32,346 bases of DNA from Candidatus Pacearchaeota archaeon (GCA_016866975.1 VGKP01000010.1:1-32346); one strand, 5' to 3'; shown: positions 1 to 8,988, counted from the first letter of the stretch. The notes: generated by a model from the sequence alone, not told the origin. Made by a program: numbers and translations.

Positions 1-86
1 TAAAGAAAATATGGATACAATGAGCTAGATGTTAGCTCACTGTACACCCAATATAGTGATAACTTTCTGACTCTAAATAAACCTTT

Positions 87-606
87 CGTGAGCGCGACAA
101 CGCGCTTCGCGCGGAGAAATAATGGAACAAACACAACTTAGCGAGAGCTATCAAACATATGAAAGGAGGGCGCACAGCGTCGGAATATCCATCTGGCACT
201 TTGAGTGGTGCTCAAAGTATCGGTATAAGATGTTTCAAAAGGAAGAATACTGTAATCTTGTTGCAGCATGCATCAGAAGAGCAGCATCTGAACACGGCAT
301 AAGAATTGTCGTTCTGGCTGTTCAGCCGGAACACCTACATTGCGAGGCGGAATTAACGCTTGCAATGTCGCCTTCGTGGGCACTGCAAATATTGAAAGGA
401 AGGTCGTCGTATTTGTTCTTTCGATTTCACGAAAGAGCGCGGCTGAGATATCCTAAAGGACATCTTTGGAGTAGAGGAAAATTTGCAGCCTCTGTCGGTT
501 TTGTGCAACGTGATGTCATCACAGAGTATGTGAGAAACCAAAGAGAGCATCACGCCGCGAAGGCGGCGCTAGGAAACCGCACCCTTTAGGGTGTCGGAGG
601 ATGTCA
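87..606 (+). mobile_element. IS200/IS605-family insertion sequence, tnpA-only (IS200-like); left boundary uncertain
   Basis: Y1 transposase ORF. Right-end bulged hairpin CCGCACCC-TTTA-GGGTG(T)CGG (577-597) followed by AGGATGTCA (598-606). GC-rich bulged hairpin at 87-111 upstream of tnpA. No tnpB follows. Confidence 0.8.
122..589 (+). CDS. tnpA: IS200/IS605 family Y1 (HUH) transposase TnpA
   Basis: HFEWCSKYR motif, HUH motif EHLH, KGRSS, LWSRG, and catalytic Y..Q (YVRNQ). Confidence 0.93.
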   Translation: MEQTQLSESYQTYERRAHSVGISIWHFEWCSKYRYKMFQKEEYCNLVAACIRRAASEHGIRIVVLAVQPEHLHCEAELTLAMSPSWALQILKGRSSYLFFRFHERARLRYPKGHLWSRGKFAASVGFVQRDVITEYVRNQREHHAAKAALGNRTL

Positions 607-614
607 TATAAATT
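607..614 (+). promoter_or_regulatory. putative TATA box directly after the IS right end
   Basis: TATAAATT about 25 nt upstream of ATG 632. Confidence 0.35.
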
Positions 615-631
615 GAACTGCAAGTTAGTAT

Positions 632-943
632 ATGGAAGATGCACCGTTAATGATTCGTATTTGACGTGGGCAGATTTACAATGGCTTGCCCCCTATCGGT
701 AAAGTTCTTGACAATATTTTTCTAACATTGGGTTTTTCTAAGATCTGCGATGGAAGAAATTTAGCTATATATGATATTCCTGGTATGGGAGGCGTAGCCG
801 CATTTATAGGTATGCCTGAGTATCTAGGAGATGAAGTCGATGGAGAAACTGAAGCTGCATTGCTCTATGTAGGTCTTAATCCTTCTCTCGAACATAAAGT
901 TACTCAAGAACTTGGTTTGCAGTTTGGGATGCCCAACGGATAG
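632..943 (+). pseudogene. small hypothetical gene interrupted by an in-frame TGA (662-664); the ORF track shows only the TTG-started 686-943 part
   Basis: Frame reads MEDAPLMIRI*RGQIYNGLPPIGKVLD...PNG from ATG 632, with a TATA-like box upstream. Confidence 0.35.
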
Positions 944-973
944 TTTCTTAAACTTTCTTTTCTCTTCAGTAAA

Positions 974-1822
974 ATGGCAGGCAGAGCAGCATATGGGATG
1001 AGAAGATACGGTCCAAGTGACTCCCATAATCAGCATAGGAAATCTTTTCCAGCGCACGCGCAAGAAGTCATTCGTATTTCAGATGTCATTCTTCAAATTC
1101 TAGATGTAAGATTTATCAAAGAAACTCGCAATCCCGAACTGGAGAAATTGATAAAAAATCAAGGAAAGTTTCTTATTAATGTAATTAATAAGATTGACTT
1201 AGTCTCACATGAAGAACTCAAGAACAAACTTATTCTCGAAGAACTCAAGCCCTATGTGATGATTTCTTCAGCAAAGCGGTTAGGTATTGGAAAACTCAGA
1301 GAACGTATCAAGATCGAAGTCAAGCGTTTCAAAGTGAGACATGCAAAGGCACATGTAGGAGTTATAGGTTACCCAAATACGGGAAAAAGCACACTTATGA
1401 ACATACTTTCAGGAAGTGGAAAGGCTCGTTCCTCTCCCGAATCAGGTTTTACCAAAGGCGTACAAAAAATTCGTCTAAACAAAGACATTCTTCTTTTAGA
1501 TACTCCCGGCGTAATTCCAGATAAGGAATATACCTCTCTTTCTCAAGAGGATGCGAAAAAACATGCGAGTATAGGGATAAAAAATGCTGCAAAAGTAAAG
1601 GAACCTGAGATTGCAGTTACAGAACTTCTAAAGCACAATCGCGCCTCTTTAGAATCTTTCTACAATATAGATTCACATGGAGATGTAGAAATTTTTATAG
1701 ACATTCTCGGGAAGAGAAAGGGCTTTCTTAAGAAGGGAGGAATTGTGGACACAGATAGGACGTCAAGAGCAGTATTGAAAGATTGGCAGGAAGGGAAGAT
1801 TCTCCATGGATCAAAATCTTAA
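974..1822 (+). CDS. circularly permuted ribosome-biogenesis GTPase (RbgA/YlqF-like family)
   Basis: Motif order G4 NKID, G5 SAK, G1 GYPNTGKS, G2 GFTK, G3 DTPG; C-terminal DW.EGK helix. Confidence 0.92.
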   Translation: MAGRAAYGMRRYGPSDSHNQHRKSFPAHAQEVIRISDVILQILDVRFIKETRNPELEKLIKNQGKFLINVINKIDLVSHEELKNKLILEELKPYVMISSAKRLGIGKLRERIKIEVKRFKVRHAKAHVGVIGYPNTGKSTLMNILSGSGKARSSPESGFTKGVQKIRLNKDILLLDTPGVIPDKEYTSLSQEDAKKHASIGIKNAAKVKEPEIAVTELLKHNRASLESFYNIDSHGDVEIFIDILGKRKGFLKKGGIVDTDRTSRAVLKDWQEGKILHGSKS

Positions 1823-2282
1823 ATCTTACCTTGACGAGCAGGGGATTAAGTACGAGACTTACGAACATCCTGCCGTATTCACTGTTTCTGAATCAGATAA
1901 GGTGACTAAACATATCCCTGGAAATAGGTCCAAGAACCTTTTTCTAAAAGATGAAAAGGGAAGATTTTACCTTGTATCCCTTCCTGGAGAGAAAAGATTG
2001 GATATGAAATATCTTAAACGCCGTCTGGGAGTAAAAGAGCTATATTTCGGCTCTTCAGAAGATCTTAAGAGAGAGCTCAATCTTACACCTGGCAGTGTAT
2101 CTATTTTTGGAATGATATATGCCAGAAATACTTCTTTATTGATCGATCGCGAGATTTGGGAAGCAGAATTCTCAGGTTTTCATCCCAATATAAATACTTC
2201 TACTCTAGTCATATCCAGAGAATCTCTAAGAAAGTTCTGCATGTCTCTGTCATCTAAGTGGGAGGTAGTGGACCTTGCGTAA
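1806..2282 (+). CDS. YbaK/ProX-family aminoacyl-tRNA editing domain protein
   Basis: HPAVFTV, KNLFLKD, GSVSIFG and HPNINTST motifs typical of ProX/PrdX. Confidence 0.88.
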   Translation: MDQNLKSYLDEQGIKYETYEHPAVFTVSESDKVTKHIPGNRSKNLFLKDEKGRFYLVSLPGEKRLDMKYLKRRLGVKELYFGSSEDLKRELNLTPGSVSIFGMIYARNTSLLIDREIWEAEFSGFHPNINTSTLVISRESLRKFCMSLSSKWEVVDLA

Positions 2283-3009
2283 ATCCTATGCCTTTTTCCT
2301 ATCTTTATTACTCACTTTATTACTCATTTTAAATCTAGTTTTTTTCAGCAAAGAATTAACTAGAGAAAAAGTTACGGTAGGAAGAGTCATAGATGGAGAT
2401 ACTTTTGAATTGAAGGACGGCAGGGTAATAAGACTGCTTAATATAAATGCTCCTGAAAAGAACTTGCCTCAATCCGATGCTGCAAAAAGCTATCTTTCAA
2501 GATTGGAGAACTCTTCAGTAGAATTAGAAGTTTTTGAGACGGATAAGTATGAAAGGCATCTTGCTAGAGTCTATTCTCCAGAATATACAAATCTTTATCT
2601 TGTTAAGGAAGGAATGTCTTCGAAATTTTTAGTGCAAGATAAAGAAATAGATATTTTTTCAAAAGCAGAGGAGGAAGCCATTAGGGTAGGGAAAGGTATA
2701 TGGAAGCACTCAAATTACTATGGGTGTTTCACAACCGATATCGATAAAAAGAAGGAAGTTGTCTATTTCATAAGGACATGCAATATATCATCTATGGAGG
2801 GGTGGATTGTCAAGGACGAAAGCAGGAAGACATATTCTTTCTCATCTACACCAAATGATAGATTCATGTTATCGGTCGGATCAGGCAATAATACACCAGC
2901 AGAGTTATATTGGGATTCTAAGACGAATATTTGGAATAATGACCGTGATTCACTCTATTTGTTTGATAAAGACTATAGTCTCGTTCACTATCATTCTTAC
3001 GGTTATTAG
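2275..3009 (+). CDS. membrane-anchored thermonuclease (SNase-like) with C-terminal lamin-tail-like domain
   Basis: N-terminal TM/signal; VIDGDT, RLLNINAPE and DKYER motifs; C-terminal W.VKDES...WNNDRDSLYL. TTG start with GGAGGT RBS at 2261-2266. Confidence 0.85.
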   Translation: MRKSYAFFLSLLLTLLLILNLVFFSKELTREKVTVGRVIDGDTFELKDGRVIRLLNINAPEKNLPQSDAAKSYLSRLENSSVELEVFETDKYERHLARVYSPEYTNLYLVKEGMSSKFLVQDKEIDIFSKAEEEAIRVGKGIWKHSNYYGCFTTDIDKKKEVVYFIRTCNISSMEGWIVKDESRKTYSFSSTPNDRFMLSVGSGNNTPAELYWDSKTNIWNNDRDSLYLFDKDYSLVHYHSYGY

Positions 3010-3655
3010 TCTTTTGCCCTCAGTATATGCAGAGGTTAATTTATCTTCTCAGAGCAATGTAGAACTTAAAGAAGAGTTCTCTGTAAATATTTTTTCGGAC
3101 CTCTCAGGCATTTATGATGTCAAGATATATATCCGTAACGAGTCTGGCGCCATATCGTCAGAGATTTTTGACGGAAATTGGAAGAATGGACGGTTTTATA
3201 TCAATGAAGCTTTTCCAGCTAGGCACACCTTCTCATTGAGAGCAATATCAGATTCATCCGATAGCTTTTTATGTGTAAAGCTAAGGCTTTCTGAGAAAAG
3301 AAATACAAAGCCACCAACTCCAGAGTCCTGTGTCAAAATAACTATTGGTGCTAATGTCAAGGAAGTTATCGAGAATAAAGAAGAAAAAAAGCCTGTGAAA
3401 AAGGAGAGGGTAAATAATCGAGAAAAAAATAAAGCAGTTATAATTTATCAGAATATTTCACCCAAGCTCGAAGCACCAGACACAACTATCATTCAGGATT
3501 CGAAACCTATACCTCTTAACATTCTAGCCGAACGGACAGATTCGACTTCAGACCAATTGAACAATTTAATACTTTTCTCGATATTCTTTGTTCTCTCTAT
3601 TTTTGCAATGATTTGGCTTATTAGAGACAGTAATTCTAGAAGAGAGAACATTTAA
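2963..3655 (+). CDS. hypothetical exported protein with C-terminal membrane anchor (start uncertain: TTG 2963 or ATG 2939)
   Basis: Signal peptide MIKTIVSFTIILTVISLLPSVYA-E, beta-rich domain, Lys/Glu linker, C-terminal TM LILFSIFFVLSIFAMIWLI. Confidence 0.7.
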   Translation: MIKTIVSFTIILTVISLLPSVYAEVNLSSQSNVELKEEFSVNIFSDLSGIYDVKIYIRNESGAISSEIFDGNWKNGRFYINEAFPARHTFSLRAISDSSDSFLCVKLRLSEKRNTKPPTPESCVKITIGANVKEVIENKEEKKPVKKERVNNREKNKAVIIYQNISPKLEAPDTTIIQDSKPIPLNILAERTDSTSDQLNNLILFSIFFVLSIFAMIWLIRDSNSRRENI

Positions 3656-3670
3656 AAGAATGCTTAGGCA

Positions 3671-4189
3671 ATGCAAGTTATGAAAATACAGGCAAGGATG
3701 ATACTCGAGATTCTCGGTCGGCCTCCAGAACACATCAAAGAGGCCATGAATGTGTTGCTCCAAAGATTGAAAAGTGAACCTGGGGTCAAGATCTTGGAAG
3801 AGAATCATCACGAGCCTGTCCTGGTTCAAGACAGCAAGGACTTATTTACCACATTTTCAGAGATAATCTTCGAGACAGACAGTATCTCTATGTATTTCGG
3901 GATCATTTTTGCTTATATGCCTTCCAATATAGAGCTCCTTTCCCCACAGCAAGTCTCTTTTTCAAATGCAGACTTCAATGAGATAACCGGGCTACTGACC
4001 CAAAGACTTCACGATTACGATTCCATTGCGAAAAGAATGGTGAGTGAACGACATATATTGGAGCAGAAACTTCGCGAGATTGCACCACATCTTTTCAAGG
4101 CACCGGCTAAGACACCTCAACAAATAATTGACAACCAGCCAACTGAGAAGAAATCAAAAAGTTCTAAGAAAAAGAACAAGAAACGTTAA
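3671..4189 (+). CDS. conserved hypothetical archaeal protein
   Basis: Well-formed 172-aa ORF (EILGRPPEH...YMPSNIELLSP pattern seen in archaeal hypotheticals) with a Lys-rich tail. Confidence 0.7.
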   Translation: MQVMKIQARMILEILGRPPEHIKEAMNVLLQRLKSEPGVKILEENHHEPVLVQDSKDLFTTFSEIIFETDSISMYFGIIFAYMPSNIELLSPQQVSFSNADFNEITGLLTQRLHDYDSIAKRMVSERHILEQKLREIAPHLFKAPAKTPQQIIDNQPTEKKSKSSKKKNKKR

Positions 4190-5385
4190 GGAATTTTTTC
4201 TGCTTCCTTAATCTTTTTGGGCAAAGGATTTTGATCTGGTTTTGTCTTCTTATACTTCCAGTATAATCCAATCAAGCCTGCAACGACGAGTATGGCTAGT
4301 ATATATCCCATTATCGAGCCGCCATTTTCACTCTCTTTATCTTTTTGGGCACAGCTCCCAATGCAGCATAATCCTTCCTGGCTAGAATTTAATGTCCCGA
4401 TACATTTCTGTGAGTCGGTGCATATCTTGCCGCCTAATTCGCTGCACCTATAATCTTCATTTTTCTTTATGGGTGTATCATTAATCTCTTCAAAATCTAT
4501 TTTTATGGGCAACACAATATTCCATTCTCCTGACCTTGCAGAAATTTGATCTTGCAGTCTTATACCATCCGACTTTAATATAGTAAGTGTATATTCTTTA
4601 CTCTCTTTAGCCTTTAAGGTTATTTTTTCTGTAGGATATAATGTGAAATAATCTCCATGTATTATCTGTATATCTTTTATTTCTTTTTCTCCAGTATTTA
4701 CTATGCTGAATCTAGCAGTCTTATTTTTTTCATTAACCGAAAAAGTTTTTGTCAAGTAGTTAGGCGCGAATGAATAAGGAGCATTTATACTACTGCTTTG
4801 GGACCCAGAGAGGATATTGATTGGAATTGAATATTTTCCCACTGATATAATTTTTATTCCAGGAGGGCCTTCTATCTTAAAGTCCAACACATTGTTTCCA
4901 GGTTTGAGCATAAACTCTCTCTTGCTCGGATAGTCGACGTTTATTTTAATGTCTTTATCAAGATATAATTGGGCCTGTATCGAGAAATCCTTTTCAGATA
5001 TTATAAAGCCAGGGGAAACGCTGTAATCAGTCAGATTCTTTTCTATAGAGAAATTCTGCCTGAACTCGACTTTCTTTGGAGACCCAGACAGAGTAGTGGT
5101 TAAATCGTTCAATATCAATGTATAATTGCCAGGAGACTTTGGTGCCAATGCCCAGATATAATAGTTATCATCTAATTTCTTTAGTTCATATATCACCGGT
5201 ATCTCTTGTACGTGTCCTGCTCTGATAAACTTGACTTGTTCAGGTAGGAAAGGTTCAATGATATTGCCCGAGATCTTGACTACGATGGTTTCTCCTTGCA
5301 GATAGTTTTTCTTAAGGTCAGTCTCTATGGCTGCCGCAGACTGCACCATCAAAATTACGAAAAGCAACAAAATATATTTTCTCAT
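4186..5385 (-). CDS. exported Ig-like beta-domain protein with Cys-rich module and C-terminal TM anchor
   Basis: Signal peptide MRKYILLLFVILMVQSAAA, beta-rich body, C-x7-C-x5-C-x11-CC-x3-C module, TM, basic tail. Confidence 0.8.
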   Translation of the reverse strand: MRKYILLLFVILMVQSAAAIETDLKKNYLQGETIVVKISGNIIEPFLPEQVKFIRAGHVQEIPVIYELKKLDDNYYIWALAPKSPGNYTLILNDLTTTLSGSPKKVEFRQNFSIEKNLTDYSVSPGFIISEKDFSIQAQLYLDKDIKINVDYPSKREFMLKPGNNVLDFKIEGPPGIKIISVGKYSIPINILSGSQSSSINAPYSFAPNYLTKTFSVNEKNKTARFSIVNTGEKEIKDIQIIHGDYFTLYPTEKITLKAKESKEYTLTILKSDGIRLQDQISARSGEWNIVLPIKIDFEEINDTPIKKNEDYRCSELGGKICTDSQKCIGTLNSSQEGLCCIGSCAQKDKESENGGSIMGYILAILVVAGLIGLYWKYKKTKPDQNPLPKKIKEAEKIP

Positions 5386-5388
5386 GGA

Positions 5389-7251
5389 TTAAGAGCTGCC
5401 CATTTCCTTCAGCTTCTTGAATGTCTCTTCCATCTCTTTGTCTTTTTCAACTGTTCTAGGTCTGAATGGAGGCCGAGCCATAGGTCTAGGATATCCAGGA
5501 GGTCTAGGCCCAGGTCTTGTAGCCATTACAGGTGCAGGAGGAGGACCGCGAGTTACAGGAGACGTTTTGACACCATGTCTCCAACTAAACCAGGCAACAC
5601 GAATCTTATCTCTATATACTATGGCAACTATTACTAAAATTATAAGCAGTATCAGTATTATTATCAGAAACCAATTGGCTCCTGGACCCGCCTTACCTTT
5701 CTCAAGGCAACACACTGTCCCTCCACTGCACGTAAACTGAGAAGATTGTTCTTCATTATCTCCGCAGCCGCTTCTGCAAGTTCCTTTAAGTTCCCCAGAA
5801 GATGGACAGGTTTCTCGTTCTACCTTAGGCGAGCATTCAATTGAACAGCATATTCCAGAATTAGAGATATCTAGTCTTGTCCCAAGGCATTCTTCATTTT
5901 CTTTGCAATTAAATCCTTTTGCACCCGTACAAGACTGTGTCGGCACCTTTACAGAGCAGCAGAATTCTCTAGCTTTTAGGCACTGATTTGAAAGTTCCTT
6001 TCCTCCCGCAGATATGCAGGCGCTCTTATCAGTCTCACACGAAGCTCCAGACACGGCAGAACACAAGCTACCGCCTCCTCCCCCTCCTCCGCCTTGAGCC
6101 GCAGCCCTTGGCCATCCTGAGAAAAGTATGAATGACGTATCAACTATGTTATCTCTAGCATTCCAGCATCCGTCTTTGCTCTGGGCGCCTTCAAGGTATT
6201 TCTTGGCCTGCGCCACTTCTGTTCTTGGATTGCTGCTTCTATCCAAAGCCAAGATAGCAAGACTTGTATCGTAGAATTTTTTATAAGGACTCCCTATTAT
6301 TTCCCAGAATTTTGAAGAGTGCTGTCTTTGCACTATTTCTCCATATTGATCTTGAGTAGGGACCACGAAATAAAGAAAAGAACTAGGGAAATATTGAGGG
6401 GAGTCTTCAGCCATGGCTCTTAGATAAGGTACTACGTCGTTTATGTCTTTCTTTAGATGTGTAAGGACAAGCGCAGCCCATAAGCTGCCTTCATAATCAC
6501 ATCCCTGCGCGTTCTTGAAGCATTTGGCATTTACTTGCTCGGTAGTTGTAGCATCTGCTCCGGCATTATGGGTCTCTGATGAGATGTATACTATTCCACC
6601 TACTTTTTCATAGAGCAATGTGGTAACAAAATCTTTCTTGCAAGATACTGTAAACTTTTTGTCCAGGCAAGAGTCAGATATTCTTAGCCAGTATCCTGAG
6701 ACTGAAGGTGTGAAGCAACCAGTGCTGGCTCCAGATCCAATTTTCATGTCTCCAAGTATAGATATTTCCTTCTGGGTCGAATCATAGCTTACTGTGCATG
6801 TAGATGGAGTGTGGTCTGTTATATCTATCTCAAGATACCATGTGAGTCCCACTGCTCCACCTTTTCTCGCTTCAAGCCAGGAAATGATATTTTCATTTGC
6901 TTGCCCTGCTCTAGAATAAGCCAAGGCTACCTGTGCAGTAGTTTTCACGTCACAAGACGAAGCGGGCCAGCACACGTCATTCGATCTCTTTTCTGCACCA
7001 ATTTTATCAATAAGTGGCTTCTGGTATCCTAGCGCTATCGCGCCGAAAATAGCTTGTTCTAGTGAGAAACTTGACTGATTTTTTATCTTAGCCTCAAGAC
7101 AGGCATATCCCTTTGTAGGCACATCTTGCGATACTTCAGGTACAGTAACAGTCGTTGCCTTTGAGGTATCGCTCTTTGTATCTTCAGCACCAGATACAAA
7201 ATAAAATGCAAATAGGCTCAATATAATGAACGCAATCACCAATCTTTTCAT
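5389..7251 (-). CDS. large exported surface protein: prenyltransferase/alpha-alpha-toroid-like repeats, Gly linker, three Cys-rich modules, TM, Pro/Arg-rich cytoplasmic tail
   Basis: ATG 7251 preceded by AAGGAG and followed by a signal peptide; DTSLAILAL and YLEGAQSKDGCW (Q..DG.W-type repeat); GGGGGGGG linker; CC-ending Cys modules. Confidence 0.78.
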   Translation of the reverse strand: MKRLVIAFIILSLFAFYFVSGAEDTKSDTSKATTVTVPEVSQDVPTKGYACLEAKIKNQSSFSLEQAIFGAIALGYQKPLIDKIGAEKRSNDVCWPASSCDVKTTAQVALAYSRAGQANENIISWLEARKGGAVGLTWYLEIDITDHTPSTCTVSYDSTQKEISILGDMKIGSGASTGCFTPSVSGYWLRISDSCLDKKFTVSCKKDFVTTLLYEKVGGIVYISSETHNAGADATTTEQVNAKCFKNAQGCDYEGSLWAALVLTHLKKDINDVVPYLRAMAEDSPQYFPSSFLYFVVPTQDQYGEIVQRQHSSKFWEIIGSPYKKFYDTSLAILALDRSSNPRTEVAQAKKYLEGAQSKDGCWNARDNIVDTSFILFSGWPRAAAQGGGGGGGGSLCSAVSGASCETDKSACISAGGKELSNQCLKAREFCCSVKVPTQSCTGAKGFNCKENEECLGTRLDISNSGICCSIECSPKVERETCPSSGELKGTCRSGCGDNEEQSSQFTCSGGTVCCLEKGKAGPGANWFLIIILILLIILVIVAIVYRDKIRVAWFSWRHGVKTSPVTRGPPPAPVMATRPGPRPPGYPRPMARPPFRPRTVEKDKEMEETFKKLKEMGSS

Positions 7252-7350
7252 ACTCCTTTCATAGAAGGTCATCTTTAAAAATCTTCGTTTGCAGAGAATC
7301 AAGTCATTAATTGTCTTGAGGATTACAAAAGTGATCGTCAAAAAGCACTA

Positions 7351-8898
7351 TTATCTTGCTCTTTTTCTAACTGCCCTCATGACCTCAACTAAAGGATTTT
7401 TCACATCGGGTTTCTTATCAATTAAACCTAAGTCTTTATAGAAACTAGGGTTTTCATAATTAGGAGGCAGTATCTTCTTCTTTTGTCTGAAATGCCAGTC
7501 AATCTGGCTTTTGATATAACCTTCTTTTAACGGGGGCTGATTTAACTTGTTCCAATCTCTGATTTTCGTCTCGATAACATCATTTGGAAATCCGCATGCC
7601 CTCAAGAAAGTGATTATTACAAACAGTCCTCTTTTCTTTCCATCATGCAGACCCTTGAATAATTTTTTTATTGGCGCAGGAAACATCTCTTCGCTTACTC
7701 CAGTCAGTTCAATCAAATCTTCAGACTTGTACTCCTTTCTCTTTCCTTTCTCAAGTTCTTCATCATCTTTTTCTCTTGTTTTCTTCCATGCTAATGCATT
7801 GACCAGCAATTGTGTCGCCTCTCCTTCTTTTCCATGTTTGATAAATGGCCTAAGTTGTATTCTCAAAGGGTCGGCATCTCTGGGAGAGAATACAGCAAGA
7901 TCTTCTTTGTTCATGACAACGCTTGCAAGCGCCGTCTTCTCATGCAATGAGTAAGGCATTCTGAAGAGGTGCCTGGGCGCGACCAGTACAAGGTCTAATG
8001 CCGCCACTTTGGCAGCACTTACAGATTTTGACTTATCAAATGATTCGGGATTATTCTGCGAGTTAAGATTTTTTCCTTCATCATCTTTACAATATTCACA
8101 AAAATGATATTCTTTGCTTTCTCCATTCTCAAGGACTCCGGCGCAGTCAGAATTTAGGCACCTTAACCTTCTTTTCGTCAGTTTAATATCTCTTCTATTC
8201 ATCTCAAGTCCACATACAGGACACTTCAAGGCAATAATTGCGCCTTTTTTTGCAGGCCTATCACATATCTTACAATAGACTTCCATCAATTCATCTTTTG
8301 AGACTTTTGTCCTTTTCTCTATGGCTGCAAAATTTGTTAGTATCTCCGAGGCCTGCCTATTATAATCTGATCTTATGAAGTGCATTAGATATTCAGAGAT
8401 TGCTCTAGGCCAAGATGGAAACATTTTACACGTCTCAAAATCCCCATATCTTGCTGGGAAAGATTCTCCAGATATGATAAGATGAAATCCTTTGCTTCCA
8501 GAAAATTTCAATCCGAAATTCTTTACACCATGGTGTTCCAATGCCGCAATTATTAGTTTAGCAGCTATTCTTGAGCAATCAAGGAACGGGGAGTCTATAT
8601 CAATCAGAAGATCCCAGCCTTTCCTTAGATCATTCATCTCTTCTTGAGTCATCTCAGAATTGAGCTGTAAGGGATCTTTCCAGAGTTCCTCAGAAGCATG
8701 GAAAGATGTAGCTCCTTTAAGCACAAGTCCCATTACATCGGAAGGGTAGTGAAGAGTATCTGGTCTTTTTCCAAATCCTTCGAAATACCTTGGGACAACT
8801 TCTCTCTCTTTTGAGAATGAGGCAAGATATTCCTGCACTTTAGGGTTAGAGTAATACATCTGGGTTATAGCCCTTATCCTCCTTTCTTTCTCTTCCAT
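7351..8898 (-). CDS. single-chain archaeo-eukaryotic DNA primase (PriS fused to a PriL-CTD/PriX-like domain)
   Basis: AEP motifs WDLLIDID, FSGSKGFH, RMPYSLH; C-terminal GL.DGKKR.LF...W..N.PPL...Q..W...PPN. Likely start ATG 8898 (MEEKERR). Confidence 0.9.
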   Translation of the reverse strand: MEEKERRIRAITQMYYSNPKVQEYLASFSKEREVVPRYFEGFGKRPDTLHYPSDVMGLVLKGATSFHASEELWKDPLQLNSEMTQEEMNDLRKGWDLLIDIDSPFLDCSRIAAKLIIAALEHHGVKNFGLKFSGSKGFHLIISGESFPARYGDFETCKMFPSWPRAISEYLMHFIRSDYNRQASEILTNFAAIEKRTKVSKDELMEVYCKICDRPAKKGAIIALKCPVCGLEMNRRDIKLTKRRLRCLNSDCAGVLENGESKEYHFCEYCKDDEGKNLNSQNNPESFDKSKSVSAAKVAALDLVLVAPRHLFRMPYSLHEKTALASVVMNKEDLAVFSPRDADPLRIQLRPFIKHGKEGEATQLLVNALAWKKTREKDDEELEKGKRKEYKSEDLIELTGVSEEMFPAPIKKLFKGLHDGKKRGLFVIITFLRACGFPNDVIETKIRDWNKLNQPPLKEGYIKSQIDWHFRQKKKILPPNYENPSFYKDLGLIDKKPDVKNPLVEVMRAVRKRAR

Positions 8899-8988
8899 AA
8901 TCATCAAGATGGCTTGTACTATATAGGGTTTATGGCTGTACTTTTTTATCACCATAATCCTTAAAAGCTCTTAGGGATGTACAACAAA

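Noticed and set aside
21-39. Perfect 7-bp hairpin TGAGCTA-GATGT-TAGCTCA as the IS left end
   Set aside because: It does not resemble the right-end hairpin and upstream context is cut off by the window edge, so it is left unassigned.
2807-2962. 200-nt dual-coding overlap with the nuclease
   Set aside because: The upstream part looks non-protein-like, and a clean signal peptide begins at TTG 2963 (or ATG 2939).
6070-6093. (GGA/GGC)n microsatellite
   Set aside because: Encodes a poly-Gly linker with mixed codons; no evidence of phase variation.
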